The notes beneath the pieces were generated by a model. The model ran no database searches and was not told where the DNA came from. It saw only the letters and a program-made list of their open reading frames with translations. This document shows, one piece after another, positions 1 through 9,317 of a stretch of DNA of 64,000 nucleotides; position 1 is the stretch's first letter; each line of letters begins with the position of its first letter. The position numbers were made by a program, and so were the translations under genes. Where the stretch lies: positions 22,142 to 86,141 of the forward strand of contig JAGLXN010000017.1 of NCBI GenBank assembly GCA_023132875.1, in the 5' to 3' direction. This DNA is from Candidatus Parcubacteria bacterium. GTDB taxonomy: Bacteria > Patescibacteriota > Minisyncoccia > JAHIHE01 > JAGLIN01.

Positions 1-113
1 TTTCTAAGCGTATGTGATATTGGTTTTAGCTTTTTATTGTATTTCAGCATTGTTTATAAATTATTATTTGAAGAAACTTATTTGGAATTTTTGTTATATC
101 AGGTACGAGGAGA

Positions 114-146
114 AAATCCCCCCAGCCCCCTTTTCCAAAGGGGGAG
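114..146. repeat. GC-rich palindromic repeat (CCCCCCAGCCCCCTTTTCCAAAGGGGGAG)
   Basis: Isolated GC-rich hairpin CCCCCTTT..AAAGGGGG in AT-rich intergenic DNA. Confidence 0.6.
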
Positions 147-267
147 ATATAGTTTTTTCCAAAACTATCTCTTTTAATTTCATAAACAAACGAATCTTCA
201 AATCCTTATCTTTCTTCTATAACTCTAACACACCCCCCAAAAAATACAAGATTTTAAGCAAAAAAAG

Positions 268-284
268 AACCACCGATGGTGGTT
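268..284 (-). terminator. probable intrinsic terminator of hxlB
   Basis: AACCACC-gat-GGTGGTT hairpin just past the stop codon, followed by a T-run on the - strand. Confidence 0.6.
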
Positions 285-288
285 TTAT

Positions 289-894
289 TTATTCTAAATT
301 ACGATGCATTTCTCTGAGTTTTTCTGGAGTAATTTTGTCTTTTTTTATTATATATGCATTTAGCACTTCAAATAAAACAAGTGCTGTTAATTCAAATTTT
401 GTTCCCAACGGCATAATATTTTCTGGTTCCTCCGTGTTTCGTCCTGGAACTTCGATAACAATATCAGCTAGTTTTCCAATTGTGGATTCTTCTGGAAAAG
501 TTGTTACTACTATTAATTTTGCTCCTATCTCTTTTGCTGCTTTGGCAATACTTAATTGTCCTTTAGTTTCTCCCGAACCAGTAAACATTATTACTGCACA
601 ATCTTTAGAGATTCTTGGTCTAGTTGTGTCATCAATATAGTAAGCCTTTCCAACTATTTGCAACGCATGAAAAAGACGTTGAACAATAAACTGAGCAATA
701 AATCCAGACCTTCCAGCTCCTGTCGTAATTATAATAGGAGCTTTTTTTATCAACTCATAAATTTTCTCAAATTTTTCTTCTTGAGCAACTGAAATACTAC
801 CCGCATTAAAACTTATTGCGCTTATAAGCTCTTGGGCTATTTCGTGAAAGACTATTTCTTCTTCTGCTTCTTCTGCTTCTTCTGCTTCTGTCAA
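289..894 (-). CDS. hxlB: SIS-domain sugar-phosphate isomerase, 6-phospho-3-hexuloisomerase-like
   Basis: Motifs GAGRSG, FTGSGET, PLGTKFE and C-terminal HRNLE; AGGAGG SD before TTG. Confidence 0.8.
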   Translation of the reverse strand: MTEAEEAEEAEEEIVFHEIAQELISAISFNAGSISVAQEEKFEKIYELIKKAPIIITTGAGRSGFIAQFIVQRLFHALQIVGKAYYIDDTTRPRISKDCAVIMFTGSGETKGQLSIAKAAKEIGAKLIVVTTFPEESTIGKLADIVIEVPGRNTEEPENIMPLGTKFELTALVLFEVLNAYIIKKDKITPEKLREMHRNLE

Positions 895-961
895 AGTACA
901 TTCCTCCTATTCTTATATTACCTTTATCTACACTCTAATCTTTTTATAAAAAATGTCAAAC

Positions 962-995
962 AAAAAACAATTTATACTAGTATAAATTGTTTTTT
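962..995. terminator. perfect palindrome, probable bidirectional terminator downstream of tRNA-Leu
   Basis: AAAAAACAATTTATA-CTAG-TATAAATTGTTTTTT. Confidence 0.65.
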
Positions 996-1000
996 CTTAT

Positions 1001-1068
1001 GTGCCGGAGGAGGGAATCGCCACAGGGATAAACCCGTGGCGCCCCGTCGAATGACAGGAGCGAACCCT
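1001..1068 (-). pseudogene. tRNA(Leu)-like 3' fragment (T-arm + acceptor strand) interrupted by a 43-nt double-hairpin insertion
   Basis: Removing the insert restores AGGGTTCGATTCCCTCCTCCGGCAC on the - strand. Confidence 0.65.
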
Positions 1069-1099
1069 TTATAATTTTATACGATTACAATTTTAATAG

Positions 1100-1181
1100 T
1101 GCCGATGGTGGGAGTCGAACCCACAAGCCTTGCGGCACACGATTTTGAGTCGTGCATGTTTGCCAATTTCATCACATCGGC
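1100..1181 (-). tRNA. tRNA-Leu(CAA)
   Basis: GCCGATG/CATCGGC acceptor stem, CACGA-CT-CAA-AA-TCGTG anticodon arm, long variable arm, GGTTCGACTCC T-arm; CCA not encoded. Confidence 0.95.
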
Positions 1182-1186
1182 GAATT

Positions 1187-1290
1187 CGTATAACATGTAA
1201 CGTGTAACTTATAACCTGTAATGCAATTTTTATCACACTCAGGTTACACGTTATACGTTATACGCCAACAATCTAACAATACAACAATTT
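1187..1290. repeat. inverted heptamer arrays followed by 8-mer AACAATNN array
   Basis: cgtataa catgtaa cgtgtaa cttataa cctgtaa ... aggttac acgttat acgttat; then aacaatct aacaatac aacaattt. Confidence 0.75.
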
Positions 1291-1333
1291 AATGCTATTT
1301 GTCAATTACAGCTGCATATATTATAATATAAAT

Positions 1334-2098
1334 ATGATAATTGCTTTAGTAAACCAAAAAGGGGGAGTAGGAAAGTCAACAACTGCTGTAAATTTGGGGG
1401 CCTATTTGGTCGCGCATGATAAAAAAGTTCTTTTGATTGATATGGACCCGCAAGCAAACGCGACGACAGGACTTGGCTTTAGGCCGGAAAATATAGAAAA
1501 GAATATTTATGATGTTATTTCCGGAAAAACACTTCTTCAAGATGCTATTATAAAAACATCTTTATTGGGCTATAATATTGTTCCCGCAACGCAAGATTTA
1601 GCGGGAGCAACGGTTGAGCTTGTAGAAGCGACAGAGAGAGAATTCAAATTCTATAATGCGATTAAAAACATTAGAAATGATTATGACTATATTTTAATTG
1701 ACTGTCCGCCGAGTTTAGGACTATTAACCGTAAATAGCTTAGCTGCCGCGGACAAAATTGTTATTCCGATTCAATGCGAGTATTATGCCTTGGAAGGATT
1801 AAGCCAATTGTTAAATTCAATAGATTTAATTAAAACAAATCTCAAAGAAGATCTGAAAGTTATGGGCGCGGTTCTGACTATGTATGACAAAAGAAACCAG
1901 CTTGCGCATCAAGTTGAAAAAGAAGTTAGAAGACATTTCCCAGGATATGTTTTTGATGCTGTAATTCCAAGAAATGTCGCACTTGCCGAAGCTCCAAGTT
2001 TCGGAAAAACTATTTTGCAATATGCTCCTGATAGCGCGGGAGCAAGAGCTTATGATTATTTGGCGAGAGAAATGATAAAACTGGAATCTGGAATTTAG
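1334..2098 (+). CDS. parA: chromosome partitioning ATPase ParA/Soj
   Basis: NQKGGVGKST deviant Walker A, DMDPQANAT, DCPPSLG, EYYALEG; start placed at MIIAL. Confidence 0.95.
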   Translation: MIIALVNQKGGVGKSTTAVNLGAYLVAHDKKVLLIDMDPQANATTGLGFRPENIEKNIYDVISGKTLLQDAIIKTSLLGYNIVPATQDLAGATVELVEATEREFKFYNAIKNIRNDYDYILIDCPPSLGLLTVNSLAAADKIVIPIQCEYYALEGLSQLLNSIDLIKTNLKEDLKVMGAVLTMYDKRNQLAHQVEKEVRRHFPGYVFDAVIPRNVALAEAPSFGKTILQYAPDSAGARAYDYLAREMIKLESGI

Positions 2099-2143
2099 AA
2101 TTTTTTCAATTTCAATCAATTTAAATCTTAGCTAATTTATTTT

Positions 2144-3025
2144 ATGATGAAAAAAACAAGCTTAGGAACAGGATTGTCTTCTTTGATTCCAAACAAATTA
2201 AATAAAGAAAATAATACTCCGTTAGAAAAGAAAAAGTTTTCTAGTTCTAATGAAGTGGTTAAAATTCCGATTGAAAATGTTGCTCCTAACCCAAATCAAC
2301 CAAGATATTATTTTGACGAAGATAATTTAAAAGAACTATCAGAATCAATAAAAGAGCATGGCGTTATTCAGCCCATACTTGTTACGAAAATAGGCAATAA
2401 TAAATATGAGCTTATAGCTGGTGAAAGAAGGCTTCAGGCCACAAAACTGGCAGGAATTAAGGAAATCCCGGCAATTGTCCGATTAGCAACAAATCAAGAA
2501 AAATTAGAACTTGCTCTTATAGAGAATGTCCAAAGGCATAATCTTAACCCGATTGAAGAAGCAAAAGCATATAAAAAACTTCAGACTGAATTTAATTTAA
2601 CTCAGGAAGAAATCGCAAAAAAAACGGGAAAGAGCAGGTCTGCGATTGCAAATATAGTAAGACTTTTAGATCTGCCAGTTGAAATTCAGCGGGGAATTAT
2701 TGAAGAAAAAATAACCGAAGGGCACGCAAGAGCAATTATTGGACTTAAAAATCCGGAAAAGCAACGGGCTTTGTATGAATTGATTTTAAAAAATAATCTT
2801 ACCGTTAGAGGTACTGAGAATAAGGCTAGAGAAGTTACCATACATACTCATAAAAGAAAAATAATAAAACAAACCGATTCGTACATCCAAGATCTAGAAG
2901 ACAAAATCCAACAAAAGCTCGGCACAAAGGTCCAAATTAAAAAAAGAGGCACTTCAGGAAAAATTACAATTGACTTTTTTTCAGAGGAGGAGTTTGAAAA
3001 GATAATCAAGATATTAAATCGTTAA
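2144..3025 (+). CDS. parB: chromosome partitioning protein ParB/Spo0J
   Basis: LGTGLSSLI N-terminus, PNPNQPR, GVIQPI, AGERRL, ENVQRHNLNPIEEA, HTH. Confidence 0.95.
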   Translation: MMKKTSLGTGLSSLIPNKLNKENNTPLEKKKFSSSNEVVKIPIENVAPNPNQPRYYFDEDNLKELSESIKEHGVIQPILVTKIGNNKYELIAGERRLQATKLAGIKEIPAIVRLATNQEKLELALIENVQRHNLNPIEEAKAYKKLQTEFNLTQEEIAKKTGKSRSAIANIVRLLDLPVEIQRGIIEEKITEGHARAIIGLKNPEKQRALYELILKNNLTVRGTENKAREVTIHTHKRKIIKQTDSYIQDLEDKIQQKLGTKVQIKKRGTSGKITIDFFSEEEFEKIIKILNR

Positions 3026-3083
3026 ATAGCAAAATATATCACCCATTACTATCTTTGCTTAATTCTAGCTAAAATTTTGGCTA

Positions 3084-3152
3084 TTGACATATAATCTTAT
3101 TGTGATATTATAATGCTAATAATTTTGCCCGCATAATTTCGGGGCCTTTTTA
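3084..3152 (+). promoter_or_regulatory. sigma70-like promoter and hairpin/T-run leader of greA
   Basis: TTGACA at 3084, TATTAT/TATAAT at ~3106-3114, then GCCCG..CGGGGC-CTTTTT. Confidence 0.5.
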
Positions 3153-3169
3153 ATTGATAAAATAAAAAA

Positions 3170-3628
3170 ATGGTTAAGCAATTTATAACAGAAGAAGGTT
3201 TAAAAAAATTAAAAGAAGAGCTTAATTATCTTAAAACAGAAAAAAGACAAGAAATATCAAGAAGGATTCAAGCCGCAAAAGAATTAGGAGATTTGAGCGA
3301 GAACGCGGAATATTCAGAAGCAAAAGAACAGCAAGCGCTTAATGAAGGAAAAATCGCAGAAATGGAAGAAACACTTAAAAACGCTCAGACAATAGACAAC
3401 GATCATAATTCTAATATAGTTAGTGTTGGCTCTACTATTACAATAAAAAACGAGGGGAAAAAGCGAACTTATACAATAGTCGGATCAAATGAAGCAAATC
3501 CTTCCGAAGGAAAAATTTCAAACGAAACCCCCCTTGCTATATCTTTTTTAGGACATAAGGTTAGTGAAAAAGTTGAAGTTGAAACGCCAAAAGGAAAAGT
3601 GGAATATAAAATTATTAAGATAGAATAG
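3170..3628 (+). CDS. greA: transcription elongation factor GreA
   Basis: GDLSENAEY, GKISNETPLA. Confidence 0.95.
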   Translation: MVKQFITEEGLKKLKEELNYLKTEKRQEISRRIQAAKELGDLSENAEYSEAKEQQALNEGKIAEMEETLKNAQTIDNDHNSNIVSVGSTITIKNEGKKRTYTIVGSNEANPSEGKISNETPLAISFLGHKVSEKVEVETPKGKVEYKIIKIE

Positions 3629-3674
3629 TCTGATTATTTTTTGATTATAAATAAAAATTTAAGGAGATGAGAAT

Positions 3675-3917
3675 ATAAAAAATATAGAAAGCGATCCAAT
3701 TGATCTCTCGAGATTACCGGAGGGAAAATACACAGTAGTCGGAAAAGAAGAGAATTCTTCTTCTACTACTGCTATAGTAGAAAAAGTAAAAGATGGTAAT
3801 TCTTGTATACATAAGATTCGTTTTCCTATGTTTATAGGGTATCGTTTTGCTATGAAAAACACCTTTGAAATTAATGAAGAAGGAAAGTTAATGTGTTCAA
3901 AAAATTTACAAATATAA
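3675..3917 (+). CDS. small orphan ORF (about 80 aa), non-canonical ATA start or decayed start
   Basis: Open frame IKNIESDPIDLSRLPEGKYTVVGK...NLQI*; AAGGAG 8 nt before ATA; hairpin after stop. Confidence 0.45.
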   Translation: MKNIESDPIDLSRLPEGKYTVVGKEENSSSTTAIVEKVKDGNSCIHKIRFPMFIGYRFAMKNTFEINEEGKLMCSKNLQI

Positions 3918-4066
3918 CTCTGTGAAAAATAAAGCAGAGTATTTTTTTGACTAATTCTAAATAAAATAGTATTATTTATAAAGAATGTTGTTGCTTAAGG
4001 ACGACATTTACAAATATCCGCAAATATCATTTTCAGGCGGTTTTTAAAATAAATTTAACCAAACTA

Positions 4067-6145
4067 ATGATAAATGAACTAAAACAAGCTCGGCTTGATA
4101 AGCTGAATAAAATTAGAGAAGCAAGCGTAGATCCGTATCCCGCGAAATGCGGAAAAACGCATGCCATAAAACAAGCTCTTGATAATTTTGATAATTTTTC
4201 TAAATCAGAAAAGGAGATTGTTTTGGCAGGCAGAATTATGGCTATTCGCGGCCATGGTGGATCAACTTTTATTAATATTGAAGACGGCTCCGGAAAAATA
4301 CAGGTTTATTTAAAAAAAGACGAGCTCGGAGAGAAAAAATATCAATTTTTGGAGAATTTTGATTTAGGAGATTTTATTCAAGCAAAAGGCAGTTTATTTA
4401 TTACTAAGAAGGGCGAGAAAACTTTATTAGTCCAGAATTACAAAATTTTAACCAAGTCGTTGTCTCCTCTTCCGGAAAAGCGGCATGGCTTAAAAGATGA
4501 AGAAGAAAGGCTCAGAAAAAGATATTTAGATATTTTATTTGACTCGGAACTAAAAAAAGTATTTATTAAGAAAAGCATTTTCTGGAATTCAGTGCGCGAG
4601 TTTATGGTTGCAAAAGGATTTTTAGAAGTGGAAACGCCTGTTTTGGAAAATACTCCCGGAGGAGCCGATGCGAAACCATTTATTACTCATCATAACGCTT
4701 TAGACATTGATGTATATCTGCGAATCTCAGCGGGGGAACTGTGGCAGAAAAGATTGATGGTTGCCGGATTTGAAAAGACTTTTGAAATTGGAAGAATTTT
4801 TAGAAACGAAGGAATGGATGCTGAGCATTTACAGGATTATACGCAGATAGAATTTTACTGGGCCTACGCCGATTATAAAATGGCGATGGAATTAGTAAAA
4901 GAAATGTATTGCTATGCCGCTGAAAAAACTTTTGGAACTTTGGAGTTTCAAATTAAGGACTTTAAAATCAATCTTGGGAAAGAATGGAAGCGTTATGATT
5001 ATCGGGAAGAAATTAAAAAATTTACCGAAGTAGATATCTTGAAGACAGATTTAGATGAAATCAGAAAAAAATTAAGCGAACTGAAAATTAAATATGAAAA
5101 AAATTTAAATTTAGCGAGAGGAATTGACAATTTATGGAAATATTGCCGTCGAAAAATTGCCGGCCCCGGATTTCTTGTAAATATTCCCGTTATTGTTTCT
5201 CCTTTAGCGAAAAAACTTGAGGATAATCCAGAATTAGCGCAAAGATTTCAGCCTATTATCGCCGGCTCGGAAATGGGTAATGGTTATAGCGAGTTAAATG
5301 ATCCAATTGATCAGACGGAAAGATTTAAAGAGCAAATGAAATTACGGGAGGCAGGCGATGAAGAAGCGCAGATGATGGATAAAGATTTTATAGAAGCGCT
5401 GGAATTTGGCATGCCCCCGACAACCGGATTTGGTGTTTCGGAAAGGCTATTTTCATTTCTAATGAATAGACCGATTAGAGAGTGCCAGACTTTTCCGCTA
5501 ATGCGGCCGAAAGAGCTAAAAGTAAAAAATCATGAATCAGAAAAAAACAAAGTGGAAAATTATAATTTGGGAATTAATTCAAAGCAAGCTGAAAAAATTC
5601 TTGATAAATATATTAAAGATCCCATAACAAAACTTCATTGCATTGAAAGCAAGGCAATAATGAAAAAGACCGCCAAGCAATTAGGTGAAAACGAGGAGAA
5701 ATGGGGGATTGTCGGCTTGCTTCATGATATAGATTGGGAGTTGACAAAAAATAATCCAGGTGAACATTGCGTTAAAGCGATTAAGATATTAAAAAACGAA
5801 GGAGCTAATGATTTTTTAATTGAAACAATTGTTTCGCATGGTTATGGATGCGTAGATAATAAAAAATTTGAAGGCAAGAAAAGAACCACGAAAATTCAAT
5901 ATGCTCTAGCCGCATCGGAAACTTTAACTGGATTGATCATTGCTTCTGCTCTTATACAGCCCGACAAAAAGTTAGACAGCCTTTCTCTCAAATCTCTAAA
6001 AAAGAAGTTTAAAAGCAAGGGTTTTGCGGCTAATTGCGATAGAGAAATAATTAAAGAATGTGAAAAAATTGGAATAAGTCTGGATAAGTTTTTAGAAATT
6101 GGATTGAAAGCGTTACAGGAAATGAGTGAAGAAATTGGATTATAA
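4067..6145 (+). CDS. lysS: class II lysine--tRNA ligase with fused C-terminal HD/HDIG-family domain
   Basis: OB-fold (AGRIMAIR, GKIQVY), motif 2 (IGRIFRNEG), motif 3 (GMPPTTGFG), FPLMRP end; then about 190 aa with LHC, GLLHDID, EH, SHG. Confidence 0.92.
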   Translation: MINELKQARLDKLNKIREASVDPYPAKCGKTHAIKQALDNFDNFSKSEKEIVLAGRIMAIRGHGGSTFINIEDGSGKIQVYLKKDELGEKKYQFLENFDLGDFIQAKGSLFITKKGEKTLLVQNYKILTKSLSPLPEKRHGLKDEEERLRKRYLDILFDSELKKVFIKKSIFWNSVREFMVAKGFLEVETPVLENTPGGADAKPFITHHNALDIDVYLRISAGELWQKRLMVAGFEKTFEIGRIFRNEGMDAEHLQDYTQIEFYWAYADYKMAMELVKEMYCYAAEKTFGTLEFQIKDFKINLGKEWKRYDYREEIKKFTEVDILKTDLDEIRKKLSELKIKYEKNLNLARGIDNLWKYCRRKIAGPGFLVNIPVIVSPLAKKLEDNPELAQRFQPIIAGSEMGNGYSELNDPIDQTERFKEQMKLREAGDEEAQMMDKDFIEALEFGMPPTTGFGVSERLFSFLMNRPIRECQTFPLMRPKELKVKNHESEKNKVENYNLGINSKQAEKILDKYIKDPITKLHCIESKAIMKKTAKQLGENEEKWGIVGLLHDIDWELTKNNPGEHCVKAIKILKNEGANDFLIETIVSHGYGCVDNKKFEGKKRTTKIQYALAASETLTGLIIASALIQPDKKLDSLSLKSLKKKFKSKGFAANCDREIIKECEKIGISLDKFLEIGLKALQEMSEEIGL

Positions 6146-6151
6146 TTTTTT

Positions 6152-6601
6152 ATGTCTCAAACTAAAATTACAAATACAAAGCAGATATCGTACAACAAAA
6201 TTAAAGTGATGACATTTGGAACTTTTGACATTTTTCATCCGGGACATGAAAGTTTTTTGAAGCAAGCGAGAAAGTTTGGAGATTATTTGATTGTTGTTAT
6301 TGCCAGAGATAAAACAGTTGGAATAGTCAAGAAAAGATTTTCACAAAATAATGAAATTAATAGGCAGCGGGCTGTAGTAAAAAGCAATTTAGCAGATAAG
6401 GTAATTCTTGGAAGCTTGAAAGATAAATATCAAGTGATTAAAAAATATCAGCCGGAAATTATTTGTCTGGGTTATGATCAAACAGTATTTATAGAAAATT
6501 TACGGGAGAAGTTAAAAGAGTTTGGCATGGAAAAAACCAAGATTGTAAAATTAAAGCCTTATTGTTCAGAGAAATATAAATCGTCTAAATTGAGAGATTA
6601 A
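6152..6601 (+). CDS. cytidylyltransferase-superfamily nucleotidyltransferase (RibL-type FAD synthase-like)
   Basis: FGTFDIFHPGH (HXGH), VIARD, LGYDQ, KSSK. Confidence 0.75.
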   Translation: MSQTKITNTKQISYNKIKVMTFGTFDIFHPGHESFLKQARKFGDYLIVVIARDKTVGIVKKRFSQNNEINRQRAVVKSNLADKVILGSLKDKYQVIKKYQPEIICLGYDQTVFIENLREKLKEFGMEKTKIVKLKPYCSEKYKSSKLRD

Positions 6602-6608
6602 ATTTTTT

Positions 6609-6655
6609 AATAGCACGTAGACGAGCACTGACTAAAAATGCAAATAAACACAGAT
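6609..6655. repeat. 9-mer-based (ACACAGA/CACTGA) repeat, single arm
   Basis: Similar to the arms at 8019-8120 and 16760-16857. Confidence 0.6.
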
Positions 6656-6760
6656 ATTATTACTAACTTAATGGTATTCTAGAAATGATTTACACTGACG
6701 AAATTAAAACAATGCAACCGATTGTTTTAAATGGTGATTTAACAAAAATTAACTAAAATT

Positions 6761-8014
6761 ATGTTAGATATAAAATTTATAAGAGAAAATCTGAATATTG
6801 TAAAGGAAGAGATTAAAAAAAGAGGGATGAAAATTGACTTAGATTCTTTTCTTGATTTAGACGAGCAAAAAAGAGAACTTCAACAGGAAGTGGAAAATTT
6901 AAGAAAAAAACAGAATGAGGCAAATAAAACTATTTCTCAAAGTAAAGATAAAAAGATTATTTCGAAAATGAAAGAGGTTAAATTAAAATTGTCTGAGTTG
7001 GAACCAAGGTTAAAAAATTTAGAGAAAAAACTAAAAGATATTTCACTACAACTACCGAATATAACTCATGAAAGTGTGCCAGTCGGATCGGATGAATTGG
7101 GAAATGTTGTTGTGAAAAAATGGGGAGAAAAACCAAAGTTTGATTTTTCGCCGAAAGAGCATTTTGAAATAGAAAGCGTTAAAAATTTAATTGACACCAA
7201 AAGAGGCGCAAAGGTTTCAGGGACGAGATTTTGGTATTTGAAAGGCGACTTGGCAAGATTGGAATTTGCTCTAATGCAATACGCTCTTGAATTTTATTCC
7301 AATAAAGGATTTGAACCGATGATTGTGCCAATGCTGGTCAGAGAGCCGGCGATGTATGGAACAGGATTTTTTCCGGCGGAGAAAAATGAAATTTACAATG
7401 TTAACGCTGATGAGGATAATTTATTTTTAGTCGGAACAGCGGAAGTTCCACTAGCGGCTTACCATATGAATGAAGTTTTGGATTTAGAAAACGGACCTAA
7501 AAAATATATGGGCTATTCAAGCTGTTTTCGCAGGGAGGCTGGAACTTACGGCAAAGATATAAAAGGGATTTTGCGCGGGCATCAATTTAATAAAATTGAA
7601 ATGTTTATTTTTTGTAAACCGGAAGAATCTTGGAATTTGCATGAAGAATTATTAAAATACGCGGAAGAATTTTTACAGTCTTTGAATTTGCATTATCAAG
7701 TTTTAAATATGTGCACGGGCGATATCGGCGCGCCGAACGCAAAAAAATACGATATTGAAACGTGGATACCGGGGCAAAATAAATACCGCGAGACGCATTC
7801 TTGTTCTAACGATACTGATTTTCAAGCGCGGAGATTAAATTGTAAGTTTACTGATAAGGATGGAAAGAAAAAATTTGTCCATACTTTAAATAACACCGGT
7901 TGCGCTGATCTGCGAGTTTTGATCGCCATTCTTGAAAACTACCAACAAAAAAACGGCACCATTATCGTGCCGGAGGTTTTAAGGAAATGGATAGGAAAGG
8001 ATGTTATTGAATAA
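6761..8014 (+). CDS. serS: serine--tRNA ligase
   Basis: MLDIKFIR, GTAEVP, CFRREAG, GHQFNKIE, SCSNDTDFQARR, HTLNNT. Confidence 0.97.
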   Translation: MLDIKFIRENLNIVKEEIKKRGMKIDLDSFLDLDEQKRELQQEVENLRKKQNEANKTISQSKDKKIISKMKEVKLKLSELEPRLKNLEKKLKDISLQLPNITHESVPVGSDELGNVVVKKWGEKPKFDFSPKEHFEIESVKNLIDTKRGAKVSGTRFWYLKGDLARLEFALMQYALEFYSNKGFEPMIVPMLVREPAMYGTGFFPAEKNEIYNVNADEDNLFLVGTAEVPLAAYHMNEVLDLENGPKKYMGYSSCFRREAGTYGKDIKGILRGHQFNKIEMFIFCKPEESWNLHEELLKYAEEFLQSLNLHYQVLNMCTGDIGAPNAKKYDIETWIPGQNKYRETHSCSNDTDFQARRLNCKFTDKDGKKKFVHTLNNTGCADLRVLIAILENYQQKNGTIIVPEVLRKWIGKDVIE

Positions 8015-8018
8015 TTCG

Positions 8019-8120
8019 ACACAGACGAACACTGACTAAAGGCACTGACAAACACAGATAAAAATTTAAAATAATCAGTGTTCATTTGTGCCTTTGGTCT
8101 GTGTTTATCAGTGTGCTATT
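8019..8120. repeat. inverted pair of 9-mer-based arms (long imperfect hairpin)
   Basis: acacagacgaacactgactaaaggcactgacaaacacagat ... atcagtgttcatttgtgcctttggtctgtgtttatcagtgt. Confidence 0.75.
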
Positions 8121-8128
8121 AATTTAAT

Positions 8129-9031
8129 ATGGACAATCCCCAAACCAAAATCTCTGAAAAACAAATTCAAATCAATGGTTTGAATATAAATTATAAAACA
8201 ATCGGCGATGGGAAAATCCCGATTGTTTTGTTGCATGGGTGGGGAGTGTCAAGCGATAAATATACAGAATTAATAAAAATATTATACTCAATACTCAATA
8301 CTCAATATTCAATATTCATCCTTGATCTTCCCGGATTTGGAAAAAGCGACGAACCGAAAGAAAACTGGAATTTGGATGATTATGTTGAGTTTGTGGATGA
8401 ATTTATTAAAAAGACAAGTAGAAAAGGCGGATTTGAGTTAGTTAAAAATATATTAGAGAAAATGCAAGAAGGCTCCACAGGGCTATCGCCACAATGGAGC
8501 CAACGATCTTCTTGTCGACAAAAACTAGTCTTAATCGGTCATTCGTTTGGCGGGAGAATTGCGATAAAATATGCTGTGAAATGCCCTGAAAAAATTGATA
8601 AATTGATTTTAACCGGAGCGGCGGGAATTAAGCGTAAATTGACCGTAAAACAGAAAATATTCTTTATTTTGGCAAAAATAGGAAAGAAAATTTTTTCTTT
8701 GCCGTTAATTAATAATTTAGAAAAATACGCGCAAAAAATATTATACAAAGCTACTAAGGAAAAAGATTATTACCAAGCCAGCCCGAGGATGAAAGAAGTA
8801 ATGAAAAATGTTTTAGATGAAGACTTAACAGATTATTTAGATAAAATAAAAAATCACACTTTATTAGTTTGGGGAAAAGAAGACAAAACCACGCCTTTAG
8901 CTGATGGAAAAATTATGAATGAGAAAATTGAGAATTCCAAGTTAATTGTGGTTGATGACGCTAATCATAGTTTGCCATATCAGAAGGCTGAGAAGTTTGT
9001 GAAAATTGTGGAAAAGTTTATAAAAAAATGA
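8129..9031 (+). CDS. alpha/beta hydrolase
   Basis: LLHGWG, DLPGFGKS, GHSFGG nucleophile elbow, WGKED, ANH. Confidence 0.9.
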   Translation: MDNPQTKISEKQIQINGLNINYKTIGDGKIPIVLLHGWGVSSDKYTELIKILYSILNTQYSIFILDLPGFGKSDEPKENWNLDDYVEFVDEFIKKTSRKGGFELVKNILEKMQEGSTGLSPQWSQRSSCRQKLVLIGHSFGGRIAIKYAVKCPEKIDKLILTGAAGIKRKLTVKQKIFFILAKIGKKIFSLPLINNLEKYAQKILYKATKEKDYYQASPRMKEVMKNVLDEDLTDYLDKIKNHTLLVWGKEDKTTPLADGKIMNEKIENSKLIVVDDANHSLPYQKAEKFVKIVEKFIKK

Positions 9032-9050
9032 AGAAGCAGGTTCTGCTCCT

Positions 9051-9278
9051 TCATATAAACGTAAATGGATTTTCTATTGACTCTGGGTCAATTTTAGCCA
9101 ATATTAGCAAATACAGCGCCAAAGCTGCTGCTATTATTACTATTATTGGTATAACTACAAATGTACCAAGTTGATATGACAATAACATATTTGGCAATAT
9201 TAACGATGTTAGTATTCCTCCAATTAAAAACAGGAACGCCAAAATAGTAAAAATCGTATTTTTTATAAGTTCATCCAA
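9051..9278 (-). CDS. small orphan membrane protein (2 TM)
   Basis: Fills the gap between + genes, GGAGG SD before TTG, two hydrophobic helices. Confidence 0.6.
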   Translation of the reverse strand: MDELIKNTIFTILAFLFLIGGILTSLILPNMLLSYQLGTFVVIPIIVIIAAALALYLLILAKIDPESIENPFTFI

Positions 9279-9317
9279 TTTAAAACCTCCGAATTTAGTA
9301 TATATTAAATAAAATTA

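Noticed and set aside
14..1074. + strand ORFs 14-640, 556-792 and 832-1074
   Set aside because: These are antisense shadows of hxlB or translations of repeats and the tRNA fragment.
1200..3170. oriC or parS near parAB
   Set aside because: No TGTTTCACGTGAAACA-like palindrome or DnaA-box cluster was found by eye.
3940..4066. T-box or lysine riboswitch upstream of lysS
   Set aside because: The leader is too short and lacks the T-box consensus; only two small hairpins are present.
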